From contig JAGQNP010000002.1 of assembly GCA_020428005.1 (NCBI GenBank), positions 1 through 61,902 on the forward strand: a DNA stretch of 61,902 bases, written 5' to 3'. The DNA comes from Candidatus Saccharimonadota bacterium. Lineage in GTDB: Bacteria > Patescibacteriota > Saccharimonadia > Saccharimonadales > JACQNP01. Below, in pieces: positions 1 through 10,061 of the stretch. The notes beneath the pieces are model-generated. The model saw only the letters and a list, made by a program, of their open reading frames with translations. It was not told where the DNA came from and ran no database searches. The number at the start of each line of letters is the position of its first letter. Positions within the stretch are counted from its first letter, which is position 1. The position numbers were made by a program, and so were the translations under genes.

Positions 1-351
1 GATAACTATTTATGTTATTACAAATCTACCAATATTGTTCTAGAATTTCACTACACAACTACCGGTCGTCCTGCTAGTGATGGCATAACTTACAATTGTG
101 ACAAAGTTGGTATAACTAGCTGGGATGATGCAGACACCAGTGGCAGTAGCCACACTTGGAGTGACAACTATCTATGCCAGAACGTCCTACCACCATTCGA
201 CTACAACGAATCCAATGCCTCTAACAACATAGCTGAAGTATTTAACTTCAGCCCAGAAATGTACCTATCTACTCCTCCTGGATTCCAAGAACAAGGTGGT
301 CTGGAAAGTGGCAAATACAATAGCATACGAACATTACCGCCTTTGTTGTAA
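1..351 (+). CDS. partial CDS (C-terminal end) of a hypothetical Cys-containing, probably extracellular protein
   Basis: Frame +1 is open from base 1 to TAA 349-351 (...SIRTLPPLL*). The start lies outside the window, so it is absent from the ORF track. No family recognised. Confidence 0.4.
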   Translation, partial: DNYLCYYKSTNIVLEFHYTTTGRPASDGITYNCDKVGITSWDDADTSGSSHTWSDNYLCQNVLPPFDYNESNASNNIAEVFNFSPEMYLSTPPGFQEQGGLESGKYNSIRTLPPLL

Positions 352-357
352 AAAGAG

Positions 358-388
358 TTGCAACTTCTAACAAAGCTTATGCTATAAT
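358..388 (+). promoter_or_regulatory. sigma-70-like promoter of the pilM operon
   Basis: TTGCAA (358-363), 19 nt spacer, TGcTATAAT (380-388); about 100 nt upstream of the pilM ATG. Confidence 0.45.
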
Positions 389-489
389 TACCCCATAATG
401 AGCCACATATAAAAGCCCGGGTGGGTAGTGACTCAAAAAAAGTAGAAGGTAATGACGATTACAAACGCAAACAGAAGGGCTTTTAATAG

Positions 490-1536
490 ATGAGCATGAT
501 CAGTGGTGTTTCTGACTTCTTTGGTTTAGATATTGGCACCACAGCCATTCGTGTGGTTCAGCTTACAGGCGGCGGCCCGGTAAAGTCTCTTGCCAGGTAT
601 GCCTTTGGCCCTATAGATACCAAGCTAGCCTTGAGTGATTCTAAAGCAGATCTCCAAAAACTAGCTGAATCTGTAAAAAATGTTTTGTCACAGTCGGGTA
701 TAGGCTCAAAAAATGTGGCAGTCGGTATTCCTTCGCAACGAGTATTTACTACTGTAATTGATATTGATCGATTGTCTCCCAGTGAACTTGCGCAATCAAT
801 TAAATTTGAAGCAGATTCTGTAATACCAACACCTATAGAAGAATCAAAAATCGATTGGGCATTACTAGGTGACTCACCAAAAGATCAGACAAAAGTTGAG
901 GTTTTACTTTCTAGTGTTCCTAACGACTTTATTGAAGCAAGATTAGATATGTTGGAAACAATTGGGTTGAATGTAGTAGCGTTCGAACCAGACAATCTTG
1001 CTCTTAGTAGATCGCTTGTTGCGCCAGATGCTACAGCACCACAGCTAATTGTAGATATTGGGAAGATGAGTACAGATCTAGTGGTTGTGATGAACGGTGC
1101 ACCTCGTGTAACAAGGTCTATACCTACTGGATCAGAAGCAATCATTAAAGCTGCTATGCAAAACCTTAATATTGACCAAAATCAGGCTGAGCAGTTCGTA
1201 TTTAAGTTTGGTCTTGTAAAAGATAAACTGGAAAGCCAAGTTTATCAAGCAATAATTGGAACTATCGAACTGTTGATTACAGACATCGAGAAATCTATTA
1301 AATTTTTCGAAAATCGTTATGTTAGCTCTAACGCCAAAATCAGTAACATAATAGTTACGGGTGGTGCATCGGCACTTCCTGAATTCCCATTGTTTGTCGC
1401 TAATCGTTTAGGGGTTAATGTCGAGATTGGTAATGCTTGGCGAAATGTGAGTTACGGTCAAGATAAGCAAAACGATCTACTAGCAATATCGAATCACTTT
1501 GGTGTTGCGGCAGGCTTAGCTGAGAGGACACAATAA
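490..1536 (+). CDS. pilM: type IV pilus assembly protein PilM (actin-like ATPase fold)
   Basis: N-terminus FGLDIGTTAIRVVQL typical of PilM/FtsA-like proteins; 348 aa; first gene of a pilMNO-BTC ordered block. Confidence 0.85.
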   Translation: MSMISGVSDFFGLDIGTTAIRVVQLTGGGPVKSLARYAFGPIDTKLALSDSKADLQKLAESVKNVLSQSGIGSKNVAVGIPSQRVFTTVIDIDRLSPSELAQSIKFEADSVIPTPIEESKIDWALLGDSPKDQTKVEVLLSSVPNDFIEARLDMLETIGLNVVAFEPDNLALSRSLVAPDATAPQLIVDIGKMSTDLVVVMNGAPRVTRSIPTGSEAIIKAAMQNLNIDQNQAEQFVFKFGLVKDKLESQVYQAIIGTIELLITDIEKSIKFFENRYVSSNAKISNIIVTGGASALPEFPLFVANRLGVNVEIGNAWRNVSYGQDKQNDLLAISNHFGVAAGLAERTQ

Positions 1537-2225
1537 TGGTGCAACTCAATCTATTGCCAGATGTAAAGCTTGAATTTATAAAAACGCAGCGTATCAAGCG
1601 GCTTGTCCTTAGCGTATCTTTTATTGTTATTGCCGCATCAATCGGTGCATTCGTACTAATGTTTAGCTTTGTTAAGGGAGCTCAAGGTCGCCACATTACA
1701 AATTTGAACAAAGATACAGAATCGCTCATAAGTGATATAAATGATCGTCCAGGAGTTAATGAAATATTAACAATACAGAATCAACTCAATGTTGTTAGTC
1801 AAAAACATGCTGAAAAGCCTGCTACTAGTCGAATATTGCCATTTATTGCTCAAATGTTACCTGCAGGTGCAAAAATTAAACAAGTAACTGTTAATTTTGA
1901 TGAAGGAAGCATGACTATTAGTGGTAACACTGCAAATATTAACGATATTAACAAGTTTGTAGATACTATTAAATTTGCTCAATACAAATCAGGTGAGTCA
2001 ATAGTTGGTAGATCTTTTAGTGAGGTTGTTCTTCAGTCATATTCTGCAGGTAAAGATGGTGGTGAGTCCGATTTTGCTGTCGGTCTAAAGTTTGACACCG
2101 CAATATTTGACAATAAACAAGAGATATCAATAGTAGTGCCAGGCATTGTCAGTACTCGTTCTGATACTGAAAAACCAAACATAGAATTCACGCCTGATAA
2201 TTCATCTCAGGAAGGAGCTAACTAA
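1536..2225 (+). CDS. pilN: PilN-like pilus alignment protein
   Basis: N-terminal LNLLP motif followed by a single TM (LVLSVSFIVIAASIGAFVLMF); TAATG overlap with pilM. Confidence 0.7.
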   Translation: MVQLNLLPDVKLEFIKTQRIKRLVLSVSFIVIAASIGAFVLMFSFVKGAQGRHITNLNKDTESLISDINDRPGVNEILTIQNQLNVVSQKHAEKPATSRILPFIAQMLPAGAKIKQVTVNFDEGSMTISGNTANINDINKFVDTIKFAQYKSGESIVGRSFSEVVLQSYSAGKDGGESDFAVGLKFDTAIFDNKQEISIVVPGIVSTRSDTEKPNIEFTPDNSSQEGAN

Positions 2226-2890
2226 TGGCTGGTGGCAAGATTTCTCTAAGACATCTACAGATTGATAAATCAAACAGCACGATATTAATGGCCACTGCTG
2301 CGGCTGCTGCTACTCTAATCTTTTCTTTAGTTGCATTACAGTCTCTTTGGTCACAAGCACGTTACAACGTGAAGGTTATAAAAGCTAAAGAACAGACCGT
2401 AAAGCAGCTCAAGCAAAATGTGAGTTCACTAGACGAGCTAATTAGTTCTTATGAAAGTTTTGTAGCGGAGCCAACCAATATAATAGGTGGCTCATCTACT
2501 GGGGAAGGAGATAGAGATGGCGATAATGCTAAAATAATCCTTGATTCCATGCCAAGTGTTTATGACTTCCCAGGCACCATAACTGGTTTTACTAAAATTG
2601 TTACTGGTAAAGGCTTTACTCCAGAAACACCAACAGGCACAGATGAAGAGGTTACTCAATCAATCAATACCGATCCGCAAGTTGTAGAAGTTCCAATTGT
2701 ATTTGGTGCTAGGGGATCAGTAGAAGCAATTCAAGAATTTGTAACACTGCTAGAGAGATCCGTACGCCCAGTTAATATTAGAGTAATTAACTTTAGTGGT
2801 GATGAAACAGGTCTAACTGCTACCGCTGAGACTAAGACTTATTATCAGCCAAAGAAAGAGTTCCAGGTTACTACGGAGGTAGTCAAATGA
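2225..2890 (+). CDS. PilO-like pilus alignment protein
   Basis: Single N-terminal TM, then a coiled-coil-like segment; positioned after pilN; TAATG coupling; ends in TGA. Confidence 0.5.
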   Translation: MAGGKISLRHLQIDKSNSTILMATAAAAATLIFSLVALQSLWSQARYNVKVIKAKEQTVKQLKQNVSSLDELISSYESFVAEPTNIIGGSSTGEGDRDGDNAKIILDSMPSVYDFPGTITGFTKIVTGKGFTPETPTGTDEEVTQSINTDPQVVEVPIVFGARGSVEAIQEFVTLLERSVRPVNIRVINFSGDETGLTATAETKTYYQPKKEFQVTTEVVK

Positions 2891-3126
2891 AACAGAGATT
2901 TATAATAACGATTGCTATAGTTGTTTTTATCGCCGGTTTTGCGTCGCTATTCATATCAAAAAAACTGTTTGGTAAAGAAGCCGACAGAAATGTTGAGGTC
3001 AAAAAAGTAGAGCAGATTTCTACAGATTTTCAATCTCCTGATAAGCAATACTTCAATGACCAGTCAGTAAATCCAACCCAAATTATTACCATTGGCGACA
3101 ATCAACCAACACAAACAGAGCAATAG
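2887..3126 (+). CDS. 79-aa single-TM protein of unknown function in the pilus operon
   Basis: ATGA overlap with the preceding gene; TM IITIAIVVFIAGFASLFI; occupies the slot where PilP sits in diderm loci; no family recognised. Confidence 0.4.
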   Translation: MKQRFIITIAIVVFIAGFASLFISKKLFGKEADRNVEVKKVEQISTDFQSPDKQYFNDQSVNPTQIITIGDNQPTQTEQ

Positions 3127-3135
3127 GAAGGTACT

Positions 3136-4929
3136 ATGAGTGTCTTATCATCAGAGACACAAGGCTTAATCGAGCAAGAACTCGTAAAGGGCGGTTATTT
3201 AAGCGAGCAACAGCTAAAAGATGCTCATGATCAAGCTGACCAAGAAAAAGTTCCATTTCTGACGTCGATAGTTAAGAGTGAGTTAGTAACTAACGAGCTA
3301 CTAACCAAACTTCAAGCTAAAGTCAATAATGTGCCATATGTAAACTTGTCTAACGCATATATTGAGCAGGAAGTACTTGAGTTGATATCTCAGGAAGTTG
3401 CTGAAAGGTACATGGCAGTCCCGCTTGGTGAGATGCAGAATCGTTTGGTTGTTGCCATGCTTGATGCAGACAACATCCAAGCAGTCGATTATTTATCTAC
3501 CAAGATTGGACGTCCACTAAAAGTATATGCAGCGAGTGAAGAGGGTATTAAATTTGTTCTAAAGCAATATCAATCAAAAATTGATGAGGAAGTTGCTGAT
3601 GTGCTGTCTACAGAGGGTAAGACGGAAGAACAGCCAGTAAAAGATGGATCAAAGCCTAAAAAGAACAACATAAAGACCATAGTCCAAGATTCACCAATCA
3701 GTAAGGCATTATCAGCAATATTGGAATATGCAGCTAAGAATAGAGCAAGCGACATCCATATAGAACCACTAGAAAAAGAACTCAAAATTCGTTGTCGTAT
3801 AGATGGTGTTCTAAGAGAAATAATGAAGCTACCAAAAAGCACTGAACCACCATTGGTGTCTAGGATTAAAATTTTATCCAACCTAAAAATTGATGAGCAT
3901 CGTATTCCTCAGGACGGACAATTTACTGTTCATGTAGCCGATACAGATATTGATCTTCGTATCGCCATCTCACCAGTTGTTTGGGGTGAACAAGTTGTTA
4001 TTCGTTTACTTGATAAAAGTGGTACAAGTTTGAAGCTTGAAGATATGGGTTATCACGGTAGAGCGCTTAGAACAATTAGAAGAGGCGTTGCTCGTCCAAA
4101 TGGGATGATACTAACATCTGGGCCGACTGGTTCTGGTAAGTCAACTTCTCTCTATGCACTTATTCAAGAGATTAAAAGTGATGAAATAAATATTGTTACC
4201 CTGGAAGATCCAGTTGAGTACAAGATGGATGGCATTAATCAAATACAAGTTAATGCTGAGGTGGGACTTACATTTGCTAATGGACTTCGCTCAATATTGC
4301 GACAAGATCCAGATGTGGTTATGGTCGGTGAAATTCGTGACAGAGAGACTGCTATGCTAGCAGTTCAGGCAGCCCTTACAGGGCACTTAGTTCTATCAAC
4401 ACTACATACCAACTCTGCAGCTGGTATTTTGCCACGACTATTAGACATGGGTATCGAACCTTTTCTGATTGCTAGCACTGTACATACTGTTATTGGCCAA
4501 AGGTTGGTTAGAAGAAATGGTTCGGATAAAGAGGAATATGTATCAAATGCCGGAGAGATTCAGGCTATTCGCGAAACACTAGGTACTCTTTTGCCCAAAA
4601 CCGAAGAGGAGTTGAAAGCAGTCTGCGAAGATTTAGGTTATGAAAGCTTGCCTCTTGCCACCCAAAACGCTTATACTTTAACCAAGGGCAAAGAAGCGCC
4701 TGATGCACCTGGTGGTTATAAGGGACGAATGGGTCTTTACGAGGTTTTTGAAATTACTGAAGCAATTCAAAACCTAATAATCAAGAGAGCCACGAGTTCT
4801 GAAATTCAAAAGACTGCACAAGCAGAACAGGGAATGGTAACTATGCGCCAGGACGGCTACCTAAAAGCAATTGCAGGCTTAACAACCTTGCAAGAAGTTA
4901 ACAGGGTAGCGGCGGCGGACGTAATGTAA
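3136..4929 (+). CDS. pilB: type IV pilus extension ATPase PilB (GspE family)
   Basis: Walker A GPTGSGKSTS, RQDPDVVMVGEIRD, TGHLVLSTLHTN; N-terminal T2SSE_N-like domain; 597 aa. Confidence 0.9.
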   Translation: MSVLSSETQGLIEQELVKGGYLSEQQLKDAHDQADQEKVPFLTSIVKSELVTNELLTKLQAKVNNVPYVNLSNAYIEQEVLELISQEVAERYMAVPLGEMQNRLVVAMLDADNIQAVDYLSTKIGRPLKVYAASEEGIKFVLKQYQSKIDEEVADVLSTEGKTEEQPVKDGSKPKKNNIKTIVQDSPISKALSAILEYAAKNRASDIHIEPLEKELKIRCRIDGVLREIMKLPKSTEPPLVSRIKILSNLKIDEHRIPQDGQFTVHVADTDIDLRIAISPVVWGEQVVIRLLDKSGTSLKLEDMGYHGRALRTIRRGVARPNGMILTSGPTGSGKSTSLYALIQEIKSDEINIVTLEDPVEYKMDGINQIQVNAEVGLTFANGLRSILRQDPDVVMVGEIRDRETAMLAVQAALTGHLVLSTLHTNSAAGILPRLLDMGIEPFLIASTVHTVIGQRLVRRNGSDKEEYVSNAGEIQAIRETLGTLLPKTEEELKAVCEDLGYESLPLATQNAYTLTKGKEAPDAPGGYKGRMGLYEVFEITEAIQNLIIKRATSSEIQKTAQAEQGMVTMRQDGYLKAIAGLTTLQEVNRVAAADVM

Positions 4930-4941
4930 AAGGGGAAAAGG

Positions 4942-6015
4942 GTGGCAACAGCAGAAGGACCAAGAATAGAAATACTCCTAGAGGAGGTTATTAAGAAGAA
5001 AGCTTCCGACTTGCATATTCAAGTCGGTCTTCCTCCGATGCTGCGTGTCGATGGCACATTAGTAGCCGTAACGGGCACAGAGGTTCTAACTGAGGAAGCA
5101 GTTGAAAAACTAATTTTTGCAATTCTAGATGATGATCAGAAACAGATTCTTTTGAAAGACAAGGAATTTGATTTCAGCTTTGCGTTTGGTGATCTAGGAC
5201 GTTTTCGTGTTAATGCATTTCACGAGCGCGGTAATCTAGCGGCAGCTCTCCGATTAATTCCCACAGAAATATTGACTATCGAACAGCTGGGGTTACCTCC
5301 GGTAGTCACCAAATTTGCTGACTACCCTAGAGGATTAGTCCTAGTTACAGGACCGACTGGTTCTGGTAAGTCAACTTCTCTAGCAGCGCTCGTTCATAAG
5401 ATTAATGCCGAGCGTGCTACTCATATTGTTACCATTGAGGATCCGATAGAGTTTACCCATAAGTCAATCAAATCAGTCATTGTTCAACGTGAAGTTCACT
5501 ATGATACATATTCTTTCTCAGCCGCTCTCAGAAGTAGCTTGAGACAAGACCCTGACGTTGTGTTGATTGGTGAGATGCGTGATTTAGAGACAATTGCAGC
5601 AGCTATTACGATTGCAGAAACAGGGCACTTGGTCTTTGCAACTCTTCACACCAACTCAGCAGCTCAAAGTATTGATCGTATGATTGATGTTTTCCCGCCT
5701 CACCAGCAGCCCCAGATTAGGGCTCAGTTAGCTAATATTTTGATGGCAATTTGTTCTCAACGACTTGTTCCAACTATCGGTGGTGGTCGTGTTGCGGCTG
5801 CCGAAATTATGGTTGCTACACCAGCTGTGCGTAACATTATCCGTGAAGGCAAGAGTCACCAACTTGAAGCTGTAATACAGACCGGAGCGGAATTCGGTAT
5901 GCAGTCTATGGACAAGACACTGGTAAGTCTAATTCATAACGGTACAATCAGCTATGATGAAGCACGCAACTTTGCTGTTGATTTAGATGAACTAGATAGG
6001 TTGATGAGAGGCTAG
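4942..6015 (+). CDS. pilT: twitching-motility / pilus retraction ATPase PilT
   Basis: GPTGSGKSTS, RQDPDVVLIGEMRD, TGHLVFATLHTNSA; 357 aa; GTG start preceded by AAGGGG. Confidence 0.9.
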   Translation: MATAEGPRIEILLEEVIKKKASDLHIQVGLPPMLRVDGTLVAVTGTEVLTEEAVEKLIFAILDDDQKQILLKDKEFDFSFAFGDLGRFRVNAFHERGNLAAALRLIPTEILTIEQLGLPPVVTKFADYPRGLVLVTGPTGSGKSTSLAALVHKINAERATHIVTIEDPIEFTHKSIKSVIVQREVHYDTYSFSAALRSSLRQDPDVVLIGEMRDLETIAAAITIAETGHLVFATLHTNSAAQSIDRMIDVFPPHQQPQIRAQLANILMAICSQRLVPTIGGGRVAAAEIMVATPAVRNIIREGKSHQLEAVIQTGAEFGMQSMDKTLVSLIHNGTISYDEARNFAVDLDELDRLMRG

Positions 6016-6016
6016 A

Positions 6017-7234
6017 ATGCTAACTTATCACTATACAGCGCGTGATCCAAAGACCGGTGAAAAGGTTAACTCTGAGGTTCAGGCTGATAACGAACATGCA
6101 GCTGCAAAACTAATCAAGCAGAACGGCTTAGTCCCCTTAGATATTTCTATTCATGAACAAGTATCAATGTTTGGTGGTGGTAGGAGAAAGCGTGTAAAGA
6201 TTAAAGACAAAGTTCTGTTTTCTAGACAACTTTCTACCTTGATTAACGCAGGTCTGCCACTTGTACAAAGTCTTCGAAACGTAGCTAAACAAACGCAGAA
6301 CAAGAGCTTTCAAGCAATTATCAACGTTGTTATTGCCGATGTAGAGGCTGGTAGGTCTTTCTCTGATTCGCTGGCTAAACATCCAGATACTTTCAATGCC
6401 ATATTTATAAATCTTGTAGCTGCTGGTGAAGCTTCCGGTACTTTGGATAAGGCACTTGAGAGATTAGCTGATCAGCAAGAAAAAGATGCTGAAATTATGA
6501 GCAAAGTTCGGGGAGCAATGATCTACCCACTTATTGTGCTAGCAGTCATGGTGTTAGTCGTTGGTTTTATGATTATCAAGGTATTGCCGCAAGTTGGTGA
6601 AATATATAATGGAATTAAGGGTGCCGAGCTACCCTTGTTGACTAGAATCTTATTGGCGGTATCAAACTTCTCAAGAAAATATTGGTATGTAGTAATAATT
6701 ATTCTTGGAGTAATTGGATTCTTGACTTCTAAATGGGCTAGGACTGGTGACGGCAAGCTCGTTATCGATCGAATCAAGATGCGTGCTTGGCCGTTTGGTG
6801 AGTTGTTTATGAAGCTTTATATGGCACGTTTTGCTAGGACTGGACAAACACTGGTTGCGGCGGGTGTGCCACTAATACAGACTTTGGAAATTGTCGGTAG
6901 ATCTGTGAACAATGTTCATATAGAGAATTCAATTAAGAAAGCTACCGAAAAGGTTAAAGCAGGTAAGTCGTTATCTGATGCCCTGACGGGTGACCCCTTC
7001 TTCCTGGAGCTTGTACCGAATATGCTCAAGATTGGTGAGGAATCAGGCTCGCTAGAGCAAATGTTAGACAAGACAGCAAGTTATTACGAAAAGGAAGTAG
7101 ACGAACAGATTAAAACTATATCAACCATCATCGAACCGCTAATGATGGTTATTCTAGGAATCATGGCTTTTATAGTCGTAGCGGCGATTCTGTTACCTAT
7201 CTATGGACTAGTGGGGAAAAACGTTGTCGGTTAG
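6017..7234 (+). CDS. pilC: type IV pilus platform protein PilC (GspF family)
   Basis: 405 aa polytopic protein with a duplicated T2SSF-like organisation; sits directly after pilB/pilT. Confidence 0.9.
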   Translation: MLTYHYTARDPKTGEKVNSEVQADNEHAAAKLIKQNGLVPLDISIHEQVSMFGGGRRKRVKIKDKVLFSRQLSTLINAGLPLVQSLRNVAKQTQNKSFQAIINVVIADVEAGRSFSDSLAKHPDTFNAIFINLVAAGEASGTLDKALERLADQQEKDAEIMSKVRGAMIYPLIVLAVMVLVVGFMIIKVLPQVGEIYNGIKGAELPLLTRILLAVSNFSRKYWYVVIIILGVIGFLTSKWARTGDGKLVIDRIKMRAWPFGELFMKLYMARFARTGQTLVAAGVPLIQTLEIVGRSVNNVHIENSIKKATEKVKAGKSLSDALTGDPFFLELVPNMLKIGEESGSLEQMLDKTASYYEKEVDEQIKTISTIIEPLMMVILGIMAFIVVAAILLPIYGLVGKNVVG

Positions 7235-7312
7235 GAGTTGCTTTTTGATAAAATTATATGTAATATCCTAAACATAAGCGTTAAACAATAAATGCAAAGG
7301 GGGCATTTGCAA

Positions 7313-7837
7313 ATGCTAAACAAACTACAAGAACTAAGGAAAAGAGATGAAGGCTTCACTATAGTCGAAGTCATGATCGTGCTAGCTATAGCTGGTTTGA
7401 TACTGTTGATTGTATTCTTGGCTATTCCAGCACTTCAGAGGAATAGTAGGAATACACAAAGAAAAGATTTCGTTGCTAATTATGGCGCAGCCGTAACCGA
7501 AGCACTAAATAATGCCAATGGTAACGTATCTAATATAACTACCGAACCAGGTACTGCCACAGCTGTTCAGGGATATTACAACGGTGCAGTTACGTATAAC
7601 GTTACAGCAGCTGGTGCGGGTGACCTTGCGAATATCGACACAGCTAGAGTGTATTTCCGTAATGGTGCTAAGTGTACTGGTAATACTCCAACTGGCACTG
7701 CTAATACTAACTTTGCAATCAATTCAGGTGGATCAGATGTACTTACTACCACTGGTGCAACACCTAGAAACTTTGTGATTGTTTATGCTGTTGAAGGTAC
7801 TGGTACAAACGTTACTGTGCAGTGTACTGAGACATAG
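7313..7837 (+). CDS. pilA: major type IV pilin (prepilin)
   Basis: Class III signal MLNKLQELRKRDEG|FTIVEVMIVLAIAGLILLIV (Gly-1, Phe+1, Glu+5); C-terminal Cys...Cys pair; GGGGG 9 nt upstream of ATG 7313. The track ORF starts 7 codons earlier, at 7292. Confidence 0.8.
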   Translation: MLNKLQELRKRDEGFTIVEVMIVLAIAGLILLIVFLAIPALQRNSRNTQRKDFVANYGAAVTEALNNANGNVSNITTEPGTATAVQGYYNGAVTYNVTAAGAGDLANIDTARVYFRNGAKCTGNTPTGTANTNFAINSGGSDVLTTTGATPRNFVIVYAVEGTGTNVTVQCTET

Positions 7838-7855
7838 GATTAAGGATTAAGTTTC

Positions 7856-7884
7856 AAAAAGCGGCTCATTTGAGTCGCTTTTTG
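7856..7884 (+). terminator. intrinsic terminator after the pilin gene
   Basis: AAGCGGCTC / GAGTCGCTT hairpin (one G-U pair) followed by TTTTT. Confidence 0.6.
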
Positions 7885-7898
7885 CTATAGTATAGAAA

Positions 7899-8723
7899 AT
7901 GATAATAATCCTTTTGCTTATTTTTGGCCTGTCTTTAGGAAGCTTTGTGAACGCTCTTGTCTGGCGACTTCACGAGCAATCAAAATCAAAGAAACCGAGT
8001 AAAAAGTTATCTATAACAAAAGGTCGTTCCATGTGCCCAAATTGCAAGCATGAATTAGCTGCAAAAGACCTGATTCCTGTTATTAGCTGGTTAAGCTTAT
8101 TCGGTAAATGCCGTTACTGCAAAAAGCAGATATCATGGCAATATCCGGTTGTAGAGATCCTAACTGCCACTTTGTTCATAATTTCCTACTGCTATTGGTC
8201 AATGAGCTTGCAAGGCTCGATCTTGCATATATTGATGTATTTGGTATTTCTATCTGGTCTGGTTATTGGAATGGCGCTGAGTGTATATGATTTTAAGTGG
8301 ATGTTTCTACCCGATAGGCTAGTTAGAATATTGGCTGTTCAGGGATTATTATTTGCATCGTTGAATTTACTAGATACTACTGAAAAATATCAGTTTTTGC
8401 TTCAACTCGTATTGTCCATAGGTGTCTCTGGGGGATTATTTTACGTTTTGTTCCAATTATCCAAAGGCAAATGGATAGGGGGTGGTGATGTAAAGCTTGG
8501 TCTGGTGTTGGGATTGTTTCTACTAAAACCTGTAAATGGGTTGATTATGCTATTTGTTTCATCAGTACTGGGTTGTCTCTACGCTATTATCCTAATGATT
8601 ACTGGCAAGTACAAACAAGGGGCACATATTCCATTTGGTCCGTTTCTGCTGTTAGCAAGTTATGTAGTCATTGTTTATAGCGACACTCTATTGCAGTGGC
8701 TAAAAAACTACATTTACCTCTAA
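7899..8723 (+). CDS. pilD: prepilin peptidase / N-methyltransferase PilD (peptidase A24)
   Basis: CPNC...CRYC zinc-finger pairs, GGGDVKL active-site motif, polytopic, 274 aa. Confidence 0.9.
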   Translation: MIIILLLIFGLSLGSFVNALVWRLHEQSKSKKPSKKLSITKGRSMCPNCKHELAAKDLIPVISWLSLFGKCRYCKKQISWQYPVVEILTATLFIISYCYWSMSLQGSILHILMYLVFLSGLVIGMALSVYDFKWMFLPDRLVRILAVQGLLFASLNLLDTTEKYQFLLQLVLSIGVSGGLFYVLFQLSKGKWIGGGDVKLGLVLGLFLLKPVNGLIMLFVSSVLGCLYAIILMITGKYKQGAHIPFGPFLLLASYVVIVYSDTLLQWLKNYIYL

Positions 8724-8756
8724 TAATAAATAACTGCTTATGCTATAATTCTCATC

Positions 8757-9644
8757 ATGAGAGCTCAATCAAGAGCGGGTGGGTTCACCATCTTAGAAGT
8801 AACATTATTTTTAGTTATTACTATTGGGCTTTTTGCTATAGCATATGGCGCTTTTCAAGGACAGCAACAAAGAACACAATTTACACAGAGTGTTAGAGAT
8901 CTCGAGCAGAAAATTCAGGATGTTGCTAACGATGTTGCAACCGGGTACTTTCCGAACACCCAGGACTTCAAATGCGTTAGCAATCCACTCACTGGTCCAA
9001 CTTTCACCAACGCTACTGGTGGTAATACCCTAGGAACTAACGAGGAATGCATATTTGTGGGTCGTGTTATACATTTTGGTAGAAACATCAGCGGAGAGTG
9101 TGAGCATCCAATATCTGACACATCACATTGTGACGAAATTGACATTTATACACTTGCGGGTAATCGTAAAAAGAATAGTGGCGCACTAGCTCAGGTGGAT
9201 GTTGAATCACTAGCAGAAGCAAAGCCCAGGGTGGTAAGAAATCCCACCGCTCCTCTAGGCCCGATAGACATAACAGACCATTATCCAACAAAATATGGGA
9301 TAAAAATTACTGAGGTATTCAGGCGTGGAGATATTACAAAAGCCCCGATGGCGTTAGGCTTTATCGCTAATTTTAGTGGTGGTAGTGGATTGACGGTTAC
9401 TGGGTCGTATACAACTGATATAAAAAGGCTTGCTGGTGTTAATTTAGGCACGACGCAAGACAATGTAATAAGCAACATAGAATCTAATATTTCTACTGCA
9501 CCTTCTGGTGTAGCAGAAGGTATAATTATCTGTATGGATGGTGAATACGACAACCAAGTTGGTGCAATAATAATTGGCTCCAACGGTAGTTCGTTAAGCA
9601 CCCAGTCAGTTTTTAATGATCAAGCCGAAGCAGAGGGGTGCTAG
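8757..9644 (+). CDS. minor pilin / pseudopilin
   Basis: Prepilin signal MRAQSRAGG|FTILEVTLFLVIT with Glu+5; 295 aa. Confidence 0.7.
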   Translation: MRAQSRAGGFTILEVTLFLVITIGLFAIAYGAFQGQQQRTQFTQSVRDLEQKIQDVANDVATGYFPNTQDFKCVSNPLTGPTFTNATGGNTLGTNEECIFVGRVIHFGRNISGECEHPISDTSHCDEIDIYTLAGNRKKNSGALAQVDVESLAEAKPRVVRNPTAPLGPIDITDHYPTKYGIKITEVFRRGDITKAPMALGFIANFSGGSGLTVTGSYTTDIKRLAGVNLGTTQDNVISNIESNISTAPSGVAEGIIICMDGEYDNQVGAIIIGSNGSSLSTQSVFNDQAEAEGC

Positions 9645-10061
9645 ATGAATAACAGGAGACAATCAGGTGACACAATTGTAGAAGTCATGATATCTTTGGC
9701 TGTTATTAGCATGGTTATCGGTTTAGCCTACGGTATCGCCACCAGAAGTCTTAAACAATCTCAGCAATCACAGGAAAGAGTAGAGGCGTCTAAGGTGGCC
9801 GAAGGTCAGTTAGAGCGATTGAAAGGTTTCTCTAACTCATCAGACCTCAGTAGCTTAGTTCCGGCAGGAAATTTTTGCGTTACTGCAACAAATGCTATTG
9901 AAGATGTATCAATGGGGCATTGTACGTACAACAATCTATATCGAGTGACCGATACATACGATAGCTCCGGACATCTTATTACTGTGCAGATAGATTGGGA
10001 TAGTGCTACCGGTAGTGGAAGTGGGCAGGATCAGTTAATAATGTATTACAGGGTTTATTAA
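9645..10061 (+). CDS. minor pilin / pseudopilin
   Basis: RQSG|DTIVEVMISLAVIS (Glu+5, unusual Asp+1); abuts the preceding gene. Confidence 0.65.
   Translation: MNNRRQSGDTIVEVMISLAVISMVIGLAYGIATRSLKQSQQSQERVEASKVAEGQLERLKGFSNSSDLSSLVPAGNFCVTATNAIEDVSMGHCTYNNLYRVTDTYDSSGHLITVQIDWDSATGSGSGQDQLIMYYRVY

Noticed and set aside
4123-4151. 29-nt exact repeat between pilB (4123-4151) and pilT (5353-5381)
   Set aside because: Both copies encode the identical Walker A peptide PTGSGKSTSL in paralogous ATPases. Shared codon preference or a micro gene-conversion tract explains it. It is not a mobile or regulatory repeat.
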